Source: Phycisphaerales bacterium (GTDB lineage Bacteria > Planctomycetota > Phycisphaerae > Sedimentisphaerales > UBA12454). From it: a DNA stretch of 64,000 nucleotides. Positions 35,846 through 44,485 of this stretch are shown one piece after another. The first letter of the stretch is position 1. Every line of letters starts with the position of its first letter. The notes beneath the pieces were generated by a model, which did not search any database, was not told where the DNA came from, and saw nothing but the letters and a program-made list of their open reading frames with translations. The DNA lies in contig PLMU01000007.1 in NCBI GenBank assembly GCA_003142595.1, positions 246,925 to 310,924 on the forward strand. The letters are read 5' to 3'. The translations under genes were made by a program, and so were the position numbers.

Positions 35846-36074
35846 ACCGCTTAGCGGTTAATTACTCCGCTGTCCCTATTATTCTTAACTTTCACGCTAT
35901 TTTATCACAAAAACCCGTATATTAGAAAACTTTTTTACTTCTGTTTTGCAGTTTGTAAAGAGCTTATATAGTCAGGTAACAATGTCCGGCGGAACGGTGG
36001 GTGGTTCGGTGTGGGCAACTGGTATGAGTTTTGATCACGCCTACAATGCCGTAATGTAAGCCTGCAATGCTTTT

Positions 36075-36929
36075 TTATTTTTTTTGCGTAAACAGGTCAA
36101 ATGTCTGCGTAAGTGTTTCCCTGCCTTTTTTCTGAATAAAATCTAATCTGTATTTGTTTTTTATTTTCCCGTTGTTGTCTAAACGGTCTAAAATCATTTG
36201 ATAATAGTCAGGATGGATTTCGCAACAAATAAAATTTCTTTTTAGATATTTACACAAAACAATCTCAGAGCCACTACCGCCAAAGAGAATAAAAACATCA
36301 TCATTGTCTTGTGTGCAAGATTTAATAAGCATTTCAACGAGAGCCAATGGAATTTGACAAGCGTGAAATGTCTTGTCTTTAGAAACATTTTTTACAAGGT
36401 CAAAATAAAACCAAGAATAAGGCATACGCCCTTTTGAACCATTTGCCAAATTATTAAGAATGCGTTTGTCAGTGGGATTTTTATAGGGAACGGCAACCTG
36501 GTCTTTGTAAAAATGATTGTCTTTGCTTTTTGTTGCGTGAAGAATAGAACGGTGGGCAGTAGTAAATTTTTTCGGACTGTGTCCGACATTCGTATTATAC
36601 GCCCATACATAATCGTGCACACCATAAGCGTTGTCATCCAAATACTTTACTCTTAAATGAGCGTTTTGCTTGGGGTAATTCATCATAAACAAATTGCCAG
36701 TTGGCTTTAACACACGCATACTTTCTTTTGTCAGTTCAATATACCAATCAATATATTCATTCCATTTTGTCGTATAATTTTTCCCAGCATAATTAATTCC
36801 TACATTGTAGTCAGGATCACCATAAACCATATCCAAACTACCGTCAGGCAATTTTTTTAGAACTTGTAAAACGTCTTCATTGAAAACTTGATTTCTGAAA
36901 TTATTTAATATTTTATTACTCATCACCAT
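36075..36929 (-). CDS. beta-class DNA (N4-C or N6-A) methyltransferase
   Basis: 284 aa. Motif IV reads MVYGDPDYNVG (DPDY instead of D/SPPY). HACQIPLALVEMLI and motif I (FILFGGSGSE) follow. Confidence 0.85.
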   Translation of the reverse strand: MVMSNKILNNFRNQVFNEDVLQVLKKLPDGSLDMVYGDPDYNVGINYAGKNYTTKWNEYIDWYIELTKESMRVLKPTGNLFMMNYPKQNAHLRVKYLDDNAYGVHDYVWAYNTNVGHSPKKFTTAHRSILHATKSKDNHFYKDQVAVPYKNPTDKRILNNLANGSKGRMPYSWFYFDLVKNVSKDKTFHACQIPLALVEMLIKSCTQDNDDVFILFGGSGSEIVLCKYLKRNFICCEIHPDYYQMILDRLDNNGKIKNKYRLDFIQKKGRETLTQTFDLFTQKK

Positions 36930-37737
36930 TTTCTAAATAAGGGGTTAATTGTTTCAATAATTCTTTATTTGCAAGAACACAAATGCCTCTTGACTTTGCA
37001 AACATTTGTATGGTAGATGTAATCAACCGTACATCTATAATTCCTTTGTTTTCCGTTTTATGAATTATTTCTAAAATAAAATTACTAATCATTAGCGGTG
37101 CACTAATCACACTTAGTATTGTATTTACTCTGCCAACTTTTTTGTCGTATTCTATGAAATCAGGTTTTCCATTTACAATATGATATTTTACATCTTCATT
37201 CCAACCAAGTAAATCTATAAAATGTAAATACTCTAATAGTCCTATTTCCTTTGACTTAAATTTATCCATAAATCCGTCTTTTAATACAAATGTTTCAATG
37301 TTATTAATGTAATCTGATATATCTTTGGAAGGTAAATATCGCAACTTGCCTTCTTCAATTTCTTGGTGGTCTAATAGAAAACAATTCCGATAAAGCAACA
37401 CTAAAACCTTTTTGAAAGTAGATTGACTGATGATGGAAATTTTAATCAGGTATTCCCAGACTTTTTCAAACGCCCAACTTCCAGTTTCGCTTATTCCATT
37501 CGCACCAACATTCGGCGACATATCATATACATTTGGAACTTTTCTTAATGTTTCTTTTCCAGGTTTAAAAAAATATATTTCTTTTCCATTTAACAAAGAG
37601 GATATTAAATGTTTTTTCGGATTTTCAATAGTGCCGCCTTCAAAAGCAATTGCCTCTCTAATTCTTTTTGCTCTTTTGTCAATAAATTCTCTATTGCTCT
37701 TAAAGATTTTTGTTTTTATTATATCGTGTTCTGTCAT
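36916..37737 (-). CDS. putative type II restriction endonuclease (partner of the MTase)
   Basis: 273 aa, overlapping the MTase start by 14 nt. It carries a possible PD-(D/E)xK element (FIDLLGWNEDVKY). The assignment rests on context only. Confidence 0.45.
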   Translation of the reverse strand: MTEHDIIKTKIFKSNREFIDKRAKRIREAIAFEGGTIENPKKHLISSLLNGKEIYFFKPGKETLRKVPNVYDMSPNVGANGISETGSWAFEKVWEYLIKISIISQSTFKKVLVLLYRNCFLLDHQEIEEGKLRYLPSKDISDYINNIETFVLKDGFMDKFKSKEIGLLEYLHFIDLLGWNEDVKYHIVNGKPDFIEYDKKVGRVNTILSVISAPLMISNFILEIIHKTENKGIIDVRLITSTIQMFAKSRGICVLANKELLKQLTPYLENGDE

Positions 37738-38179
37738 ATTACTTACACCTGTCTTTTATTGTCAAAATTAAAGTTATTGTTTTAAAGATAGTCATTTTAT
37801 TGTTCCGCTTCAAGAGCCGAAACGGCACTTGATTATGATGATTTTCAACAGCTTCTTTCCCTATCCAGTTAAGAGTCGGCATTTCAAAATCCTTTTGGCA
37901 ACTTCATTGATAGTGAAATTATACGATTTTTGGACTTGTTAGCAATACAATTCAGCTCTTGGCAAAACCTTAACTTTTCTTAACACCCTTGACAGTTCTT
38001 GCCCCTTTTTAGGGAGTCAAAAAATAGCGGAAAATGTGCGTTTTTATATACAGTTAAAAACTCTAAAGTGTAAGGTTTTGTAAGGTTCTTTCAGCCGCTA
38101 AAAAGTCAACATTTGTCAATAGGTTCAGAGGTAACAAAAAGATACATTTTGAGCCTTTTTAAGTGGCGACATTCAGCGG

Positions 38180-38800
38180 TTAAAGTATATTTAATCTTTC
38201 CATTGCTATTTTGGCTTGTAAACCCAATATTTCTATTTTTCGCTCAAGAGATTGAAGCTTTCTAACCTTTCTGGTGGGTCTTCCTCTCCAAGTCCAACGT
38301 TTAATTTGGTCTCGAAGTTCTTCTTTCTGTCTTTCAGCTTTTAAGTAATATCCCATCTGGCCAAATCTGCCTGAATGGTTTTCATTGCGGCTTTCATAGG
38401 ACAGGTCGTAACAATGCCGACAGCCAAAGTAATTTCCGCCCGATACAATATAAAGCGTTCCTGTTCTGCGTCCGCAATATGCACCGTTTATAACCAGCGG
38501 ACAAATAAACCAGTAACGAACACCCCCGAAGTGACAAGGGGTTGTTGTAAGTTGGATTTTATAATCATAATCTGTTTTTTTACCAGTGCTTCGGTTTGTA
38601 TTGGTATAATTCACTTTTGCATATAATTCATTGGTATCCACAATTATGCCTATAGAGTTTTGTCTGCCTGAAAGCCTATACGTCCAAGTCAGAGTTGACG
38701 CACCATAGCCCTTTAGAAGGCCAAATTCTTTCAGCTTGACTATATTAAGCTTTGTTGCCTCTTCGACAGTTATTTTAGCCCCTAAACGGTATCCGCCCAT
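38180..38800 (-). CDS. hypothetical zinc-ribbon protein
   Basis: 206 aa with CHFGGVRYWFICP...CGRRTGTLY...FGCRHCYDLSYESRNE (a CxxxxxxxxC...C / CxxC arrangement) and a basic coiled C-terminus. Confidence 0.55.
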   Translation of the reverse strand: MGGYRLGAKITVEEATKLNIVKLKEFGLLKGYGASTLTWTYRLSGRQNSIGIIVDTNELYAKVNYTNTNRSTGKKTDYDYKIQLTTTPCHFGGVRYWFICPLVINGAYCGRRTGTLYIVSGGNYFGCRHCYDLSYESRNENHSGRFGQMGYYLKAERQKEELRDQIKRWTWRGRPTRKVRKLQSLERKIEILGLQAKIAMERLNIL

Positions 38801-38864
38801 ATTTTCCCCCTTTTTTGTGATTTACCGAAATCAATAAGGATTCTATACATTTTTTATTACTCGA

Positions 38865-39065
38865 TTAGCCTTTTGGGGCTGTTATATTAGCTTCAATCAG
38901 GGTTTTAATTGTTTTTCTGATATGCTCTGGCAGGTTAGGCCAAGCGGAAATTACTTGCTTTAAATCAGGACAAGGGTTATCTTTTGGGCAGTTTTTGGCC
39001 AGTGCCGCTTCTTGGTTTTGTTGTAAGTTATGATTTGATAAAGGATTGTGATTTTCTGGCGGTAG
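38865..39065 (-). pseudogene. startless 66-codon ORF tail in phase with int across the att core
   Basis: Reading the minus strand through attR in the int frame (TGG at 39086-84) gives WRRGDSN-LPPENHNPLSNHNLQQNQEAALAKNCPKDNPCPDLKQVISAWPNLPEHIRKTIKTLIEANITAPKG*, with the stop at 38867-65. The tail contains no ATG, GTG or TTG. Confidence 0.5.
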
Positions 39066-39088
39066 GTTCGAATCCCCCCGCCTCCAGT
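39065..39088. repeat. attR core (displaced ssrA 3'-end fragment)
   Basis: Identical 24-mer to 30719-30742. It is followed by the hairpins agtcttc/gaagact and gtccct/agggac plus a T-rich tract, which look like the original ssrA terminator. Confidence 0.85.
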
Positions 39089-39226
39089 CTTCGTTCGGAG
39101 AATGAAGACTGCCACGTCGGAGTCCCTATTAGGGACGAAGACGGGCATTCTGTATTTTATTAGAATTTTTTGCTCCGAACTTCGACTCGGCAGGCCATTC
39201 TACTATTAATTGCAGGAAGGTTAGTA

Positions 39227-40381
39227 ATGAAAACGCGCAAATTACTTTTGAATTTGATTTGTCTAACACTTTTTTCTTTCCTGATGCCAAGCACATCCTC
39301 TGCGCAGGACAATCTTGTTTTCTTCGGAACTCATTCTGTTGGTCCGCAAAAAGGAATTTCGGTCGCTCACTTTAATTCCAAGACAGGAACCTTAACAAAA
39401 CCGAAACTTGCAGCAGAAGCACCGGCACCTGCATATTTTATCATACATCCCAATGGTAAATTTCTTTATACGTGCAACTCAAATGATTTTTCCAAAAAAT
39501 GTACCGGTGAAACAATAACCGCATACTCAATTAATAAAAAGACCGGCAAGCTTACTCTTATTAATAAACAATCAAGCGGCGGTGCGGACCCAAGTTATAT
39601 TTTTATGGACGCAGAATGCAAACATGTTCTTGTTGCAGATTATGCAGGCGGAAGCATCGCAGTGATTGCACTCAATCCCGACGGCAGTCTGGGCGAGATA
39701 ACCGCCAACATTAAACATACCGGAAAAAGCATCGATCCAAAACGACAAACAAAACCATACGCACACTCAATCCAGCTGGATCCAACAAACAGTTTCGCAT
39801 TAGCCGCAGATCTCGGCACAGATAAACTTTTTATTTACAAATATAACAAAGCTACCGGGACACTGACGCCAAATGAGCCGCCATTTGTGCAGGTAACAGG
39901 CGGAGCCGGGCCGCGTCATTTTGCTTTTCATCCTAACGGACATTTTGTTTATCTTCTTACAGAGATGGGTAATACGGTAATAACTTACGCATGGGACGGC
40001 TCAAAAGGGATTCTCACTGAACTTCAAACATCATCTACTCTTCCTGCTGATTTTAAGGGAGACAGCAAATGCGCGGAAATTTTAATTCATCCAAACGGAA
40101 AATTTCTTTACGCTTCAAATCGCGGACATGACAGCATTGCTGTCTTTGCTATCGATTCATCAACCGGAAAGATTTCTTTAGCTGAAAACATTCCAACGCA
40201 AGGTAATTCACCTCGCAATTTTGAATTTGACCCGACATACAAATGGCTGATAGTTACAAACCATAAGAGTAATAACGCTGTAGTCTTTAGTGTGAATGAC
40301 CAGACAGGACATTTAACACCAAACGGGCAAAAACAGGATATTGATTCTCCTTTCTGCGTTCGGTTTCTTCCGGTACAATAA
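39227..40381 (+). CDS. 7-bladed beta-propeller lactonase (6-phosphogluconolactonase/YbhE family)
   Basis: The ORF-track start at 39170 is TTG. The ATG at 39227 has AGGAAGG upstream and opens a signal peptide. GGADPSYI, GPRHFAFHPNG and SPRNFEFDP are repeated blade motifs of this family. Confidence 0.8.
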   Translation: MKTRKLLLNLICLTLFSFLMPSTSSAQDNLVFFGTHSVGPQKGISVAHFNSKTGTLTKPKLAAEAPAPAYFIIHPNGKFLYTCNSNDFSKKCTGETITAYSINKKTGKLTLINKQSSGGADPSYIFMDAECKHVLVADYAGGSIAVIALNPDGSLGEITANIKHTGKSIDPKRQTKPYAHSIQLDPTNSFALAADLGTDKLFIYKYNKATGTLTPNEPPFVQVTGGAGPRHFAFHPNGHFVYLLTEMGNTVITYAWDGSKGILTELQTSSTLPADFKGDSKCAEILIHPNGKFLYASNRGHDSIAVFAIDSSTGKISLAENIPTQGNSPRNFEFDPTYKWLIVTNHKSNNAVVFSVNDQTGHLTPNGQKQDIDSPFCVRFLPVQ

Positions 40382-40414
40382 AAAAAATAATCGATTAATA
40401 AACCTTTTCTGACT

Positions 40415-41068
40415 ATGAGTTTTCGACAAAATAAGATAATGAAGTTTATCTCAAAAACCGCAACATACGGGCTGTTTTGCCTTGCCCTTGCAGTAATAAT
40501 CATAATGTATACGCCTTTAGTCAATAGTCTATCCCGACCGCTCATGGTTAAAGCCGACCTGCAAAAGGCTAACGTAATAGTTGTTCTTGAGGGCGGCATG
40601 TATCCCGGCGGCGAACTGCCGTTGTTTTCACTAATGCGAACGGTAAAAGGTATAGAACTTTACAAAAAGGGATATGCGAATAAAATTCTGTTTAGCGGCC
40701 GCACGGGCAATCCCAACCCTTTGAAAATCCCTGAGGAAAACGGCATGGCCAGGGTCGCGGTTAATCTTGGCGTACCGCGACAGGCAATTCTGCTTGAAGA
40801 TAAATCTACCCGCACATATGAAAGCGCCTTACAAACCGCCAAAATGATGAAAGAAAATAATCTTACAACAGCTCTTCTTGTAACATCCGCTGCACACATG
40901 AAAAGGTCGATGCTCAGTTTTGAACATGCAGGTGTTAAGGTTTTTGCCGCTCCGGTAGAACCGGTCGAAACGTATGTCAATGACTCTATGGAAAGATTGT
41001 TATTCTTCAGAGCGGTTATGAGAGAATATGCGGGTTTGGTACTCTATAAGGTCAAAGGATGGAATTAA
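40415..41068 (+). CDS. YdcF/DUF218 (ElyC/SanA-like) envelope protein
   Basis: 217 aa with an N-terminal TM. VIVVLEGG, ILFSGRTG, STRTYESA and LLVTSAAHMKRS are the DUF218 blocks. Confidence 0.8.
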   Translation: MSFRQNKIMKFISKTATYGLFCLALAVIIIMYTPLVNSLSRPLMVKADLQKANVIVVLEGGMYPGGELPLFSLMRTVKGIELYKKGYANKILFSGRTGNPNPLKIPEENGMARVAVNLGVPRQAILLEDKSTRTYESALQTAKMMKENNLTTALLVTSAAHMKRSMLSFEHAGVKVFAAPVEPVETYVNDSMERLLFFRAVMREYAGLVLYKVKGWN

Positions 41069-41118
41069 ATTCCATTGTCCTAATTGAAAAGTCACAAGTT
41101 TATTTCATACCTAATAAA

Positions 41119-42561
41119 TTATTTCCCCTTTGGCGGCGGAATATTAATGTCAATTTCGCGCACCTGCCCTAATACCGATAACGGTTCATTGAAATCCTGC
41201 GGGCGGCCGATAGCGAGGATTTGCATCTTGTCGGGCCTGAGATGTTTTCTGGCAACCTGCAGAACATCCTTTTTGGATACTTTCTCGATATTCTCTTTGG
41301 TTTTCTGGAGAAAATCAGCGGGATAACCGAAATACTCGAAAGTCATCATTCGATTAACAATCTTGCTCTTGGTATCGAAATTAAAAACATACGAATTGAG
41401 ATAGCTTTCTTTGGCTATGGCCAACTCCTCGTCTGTAACCTCACTTTCGGTCATCAACTTAACCTGTTCCATCATAGCGCGAATAGCCCGCACAGTAGTC
41501 GCCGATTTAGTCTGGCAGCCAACATAAAAAATGCCCGGATGGTCATAGTCGGCTCTATACGCACCGTAAACATCATATGCCAGGCCCTGGCGTGAACGGA
41601 CATTTTTAAACAGCCGGCTCGTGAAACCCTCACCGAGAACCCGGTTCATCACGACCAGCGCATAAAAGTCCGGGTCGCTCCTGAGACCATCGATATGCCC
41701 CAGGTAAACGCCCGTCTGATTGGTGTCCTTCTTGCGAATCAGATTAACGGTCTGGCGATATTCATACTGCACTTTCGGAACATCGGGTAACTGCACTTCC
41801 ATCTTTTGCCAGTCTTTGAAGGCTGCCTGTATTTTTTTAATCATCTGTGCGGCGTTAAAATCTCCGCAAACGCTGAGCATTACATTATTGGGATGATAGA
41901 ATTTTTTATGAAAGGCAATTAAATCGTCCCTGCTGATGCCGTCGATAGTGTCGTATTCGATTTGCCTGGCCCAGACGCTGTTTGGGCCGTAAATAAGTTT
42001 TTTAAACTCGCGGGAACCGATTGAGAATAACTCATCGTTACGCTGGGCGATTTCGGTGCGAAAACCGATTTTGGCCAGTTCGATTTTGTCCTGGCGAAAA
42101 ACAGGATTCATCAGCACATCAGCCAGAACCGGCAGGACGGTATCGAAGTTTTCCTTAATCGACCATAAATCGGCATAGCCGCAATTTTGCTCAACCCTTG
42201 TTTCGACAGTAGCGGCGGCATTTTCGAGCAGGCGGTCAATTTCGTCGCCGGTTTTGGCAGCGGTTCCGCCTGTGCGCATCACCTTTGCAGTAACAGCGGC
42301 CAGACCGATTTTATCAGCGGGGTCATAAATCGAACCTGTCCGAATCATCGCCTGAATTTGAATCACCGGCAACTGGCGGTCTTCGACCACAAACAACTGC
42401 ATTCCATTGTCCAGCGTTACCCGCTGAATTTTAGGAATTTCGATATCGCGCAGTTTCGGACTTTTTAACTGCCCTGCCAGCGATATCTGCCGGGCGGCGA
42501 CAAACAATAGAAAGCTGCCAACGATGAAAAATTTTATTTTACAGAAATATTTAAGTTTCAT
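41119..42561 (-). CDS. M16-family peptidase, non-catalytic-type subunit
   Basis: 480 aa with a signal peptide and an insulinase-like fold, but no HxxEH. It is paired with the upstream catalytic M16 gene. Confidence 0.8.
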   Translation of the reverse strand: MKLKYFCKIKFFIVGSFLLFVAARQISLAGQLKSPKLRDIEIPKIQRVTLDNGMQLFVVEDRQLPVIQIQAMIRTGSIYDPADKIGLAAVTAKVMRTGGTAAKTGDEIDRLLENAAATVETRVEQNCGYADLWSIKENFDTVLPVLADVLMNPVFRQDKIELAKIGFRTEIAQRNDELFSIGSREFKKLIYGPNSVWARQIEYDTIDGISRDDLIAFHKKFYHPNNVMLSVCGDFNAAQMIKKIQAAFKDWQKMEVQLPDVPKVQYEYRQTVNLIRKKDTNQTGVYLGHIDGLRSDPDFYALVVMNRVLGEGFTSRLFKNVRSRQGLAYDVYGAYRADYDHPGIFYVGCQTKSATTVRAIRAMMEQVKLMTESEVTDEELAIAKESYLNSYVFNFDTKSKIVNRMMTFEYFGYPADFLQKTKENIEKVSKKDVLQVARKHLRPDKMQILAIGRPQDFNEPLSVLGQVREIDINIPPPKGK

Positions 42562-42581
42562 TTTTTTCGCTCCTGAAAAAA

Positions 42582-44138
42582 TCAGTTTGAAGCAGTTGTT
42601 TTAATTTCGCCGACCGTTTGATTTTTGGTTACGAAATATTCTTTTGCTACCCGCTGAACATCGGCGGCAGTAACGAGATTAATTTTATCGAGCTGAGCAA
42701 AAAGGTTGTGCCAGTCTCCTGTTACGACTTCATAGAAAGCCAATTCAGCGGCAAGCGGCCCATCGGTATCAAGCTGCTTGAGCAAATCCGCCCTGCTGAG
42801 AGCCTTTGCTTTCTGCAGCTCTTCGGCGGAGACAGGCTGGGTTTTGAATTTCTCAATCTCGTCATTAATCGCTTTTTCGCACTCGTCGGGAGTATGGCCT
42901 TTAGCTGGCTGGGCTCCAAATACAAACAGAGATGGATATTTACTTCTGTCCGAACCTGCCCAAACTTCAACGGCAATTTTCTTTTCCTTGACGAGACTTT
43001 CATATAATCGGCAAGTTCTTCCGGCGCCGGTAATTTGCGAGATTGCGTCAAAGACAGCGTTATCGGGATGATTTACATTAGGTCTGTGATAACCAATCAG
43101 AAGCATCGGCTGGGCGGTATCCTCAATGGTTACGCAGCGGCGGCCTAACTGCGGCGGTTCAACCGTTTCAACCGGCTGGGGTTTGGTGCCGCCCGGAATT
43201 CGACCGAAATATTTTTCCGCAAGTTTTTTAATCTCCTGCGGATTGACATCTCCGACAATTGCGATGGTAAGATTTGCCGGTGAATAATATTTTTTGAAAA
43301 AGGCCTGTGCCTGGGGCCGAGAAATATTCTCGAGGTCGCTCATCCAACCCAGTGTCGGGTTTCCGTAAGGATGCGCTTTGAAGGCGATTGCCCCAAACTC
43401 CTCGAACAAGCGGCCCATAGGCCTGTTCTCCGACATTCGCCGCTCTTCCATCACGACGCTTCTTTCCTTATAAAATTCCCGCAGAACAGGATTTAAAAAT
43501 CTGTCCGATTCCATCGACATCCAAAGTTCCACTTTGTTCGATGGAAGACTGACAATATATTGCGTCGCGTCATCACTTGTATATGCATTGAAGCGTTTGC
43601 CCCCTTCGCGAGTGATTGTTTCTTCATACTGGTCGGGAATTATATATTTTCCAGCTTCCTGCTCTTGCTGCTTGAATTGCTTGTTCAACTGCTCGAGGCG
43701 TTTTTTGTCCGGCTGAATTTTGCTGCGTTCCGTTTTAATGGCTTCAAAGGTTTCATCCACTTTTGCCATTGCGCGAGCCTCTGCCTTATAGTCTTTTGTG
43801 CCGATGGTCGTAGTTCCTTTAAAAGCCATATGTTCGAACAGATGCGCCATACCGGTCTGGCCTTTGGCATCATCGACTGAGCCGACATCGGCGTAAGTAT
43901 GGAATGAAACTACCGGCGCTTCATGCCGCTCGAAGACGAGGAATTTCAGGCCATTGGGCAAAGTAAATTTGGTCATCTGCTTTTCAAGTTCCGACAGGTC
44001 CTGGGCCTTTGCTGACTTCAGAGGAATCGTAACTGCGGCAAAAAACAGCAGTGTCGAAAAAATAACAGCATTACAAAATTTTCGTATTTTATGTCCCATA
44101 GGTTTTTCTCCGTTTACATAATGCGGATATACTATCAC
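42582..44138 (-). CDS. M16-family zinc metallopeptidase (pitrilysin-like)
   Basis: It carries the inverted zinc motif HLFEHMAFKGT. The likely start is the ATG at 44099 (MGHKIRKF), with GGAG upstream. Confidence 0.85.
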   Translation of the reverse strand: MIVYPHYVNGEKPMGHKIRKFCNAVIFSTLLFFAAVTIPLKSAKAQDLSELEKQMTKFTLPNGLKFLVFERHEAPVVSFHTYADVGSVDDAKGQTGMAHLFEHMAFKGTTTIGTKDYKAEARAMAKVDETFEAIKTERSKIQPDKKRLEQLNKQFKQQEQEAGKYIIPDQYEETITREGGKRFNAYTSDDATQYIVSLPSNKVELWMSMESDRFLNPVLREFYKERSVVMEERRMSENRPMGRLFEEFGAIAFKAHPYGNPTLGWMSDLENISRPQAQAFFKKYYSPANLTIAIVGDVNPQEIKKLAEKYFGRIPGGTKPQPVETVEPPQLGRRCVTIEDTAQPMLLIGYHRPNVNHPDNAVFDAISQITGAGRTCRLYESLVKEKKIAVEVWAGSDRSKYPSLFVFGAQPAKGHTPDECEKAINDEIEKFKTQPVSAEELQKAKALSRADLLKQLDTDGPLAAELAFYEVVTGDWHNLFAQLDKINLVTAADVQRVAKEYFVTKNQTVGEIKTTASN

Positions 44139-44371
44139 AATATCTCTTTACAAGTTAGCCGTAAATTATCGAAATTTTTGTCGCCAAATCAAGAAAACTG
44201 CGGCTTTTTTGCTAAAATTCAGGCCTAATTTGCCTGGTAATAAAACTAAAAATACCACTATAAATGAACGTTATTTGTCCAGATTTAACTCTTGTATATT
44301 AAAGATGTTATCACAACAAATTCTCTTTTTTGTCAAAACCGCCTTCAATCTGGGTAAAATTGTTAAAATCG

Positions 44372-44400
44372 TTGCTATCATTATATGCTTCTGATATAAT
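44372..44400 (+). promoter_or_regulatory. possible promoter, TTGCTA-N17-TATAAT
   Basis: Hexamers at 44372-77 and 44395-400 with a 17-nt spacer, 85 nt upstream of the first lyase gene. Confidence 0.4.
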
Positions 44401-44485
44401 AATATAGGTAATTATCATACAAGAATGGGTAAAGGCAAATATTGGTCGTAAAAATTCGGCATTCTTGTGAAGGGACATAAAAATC

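Larger units (their letters stand above)
30719..39088. mobile_element. ssrA-integrated genomic island (~8.4 kb) with integrase, excisionase-like HTHs, Rep-like/iteron module and R-M cargo
   Basis: A perfect 24-bp direct repeat of the tmRNA 3' end marks both borders. A tyrosine integrase abuts ssrA. The interior is AT-richer. The ancestral ssrA downstream hairpins are displaced to 39086-39150. Confidence 0.85.

Noticed and set aside
38960-39148. A 62-aa minus-strand ORF spanning attR.
   Set aside because: It translates the tmRNA fragment and the terminator hairpins (…TGGGGIRTY…) in a frame not continuous with int. It is most likely fortuitous.
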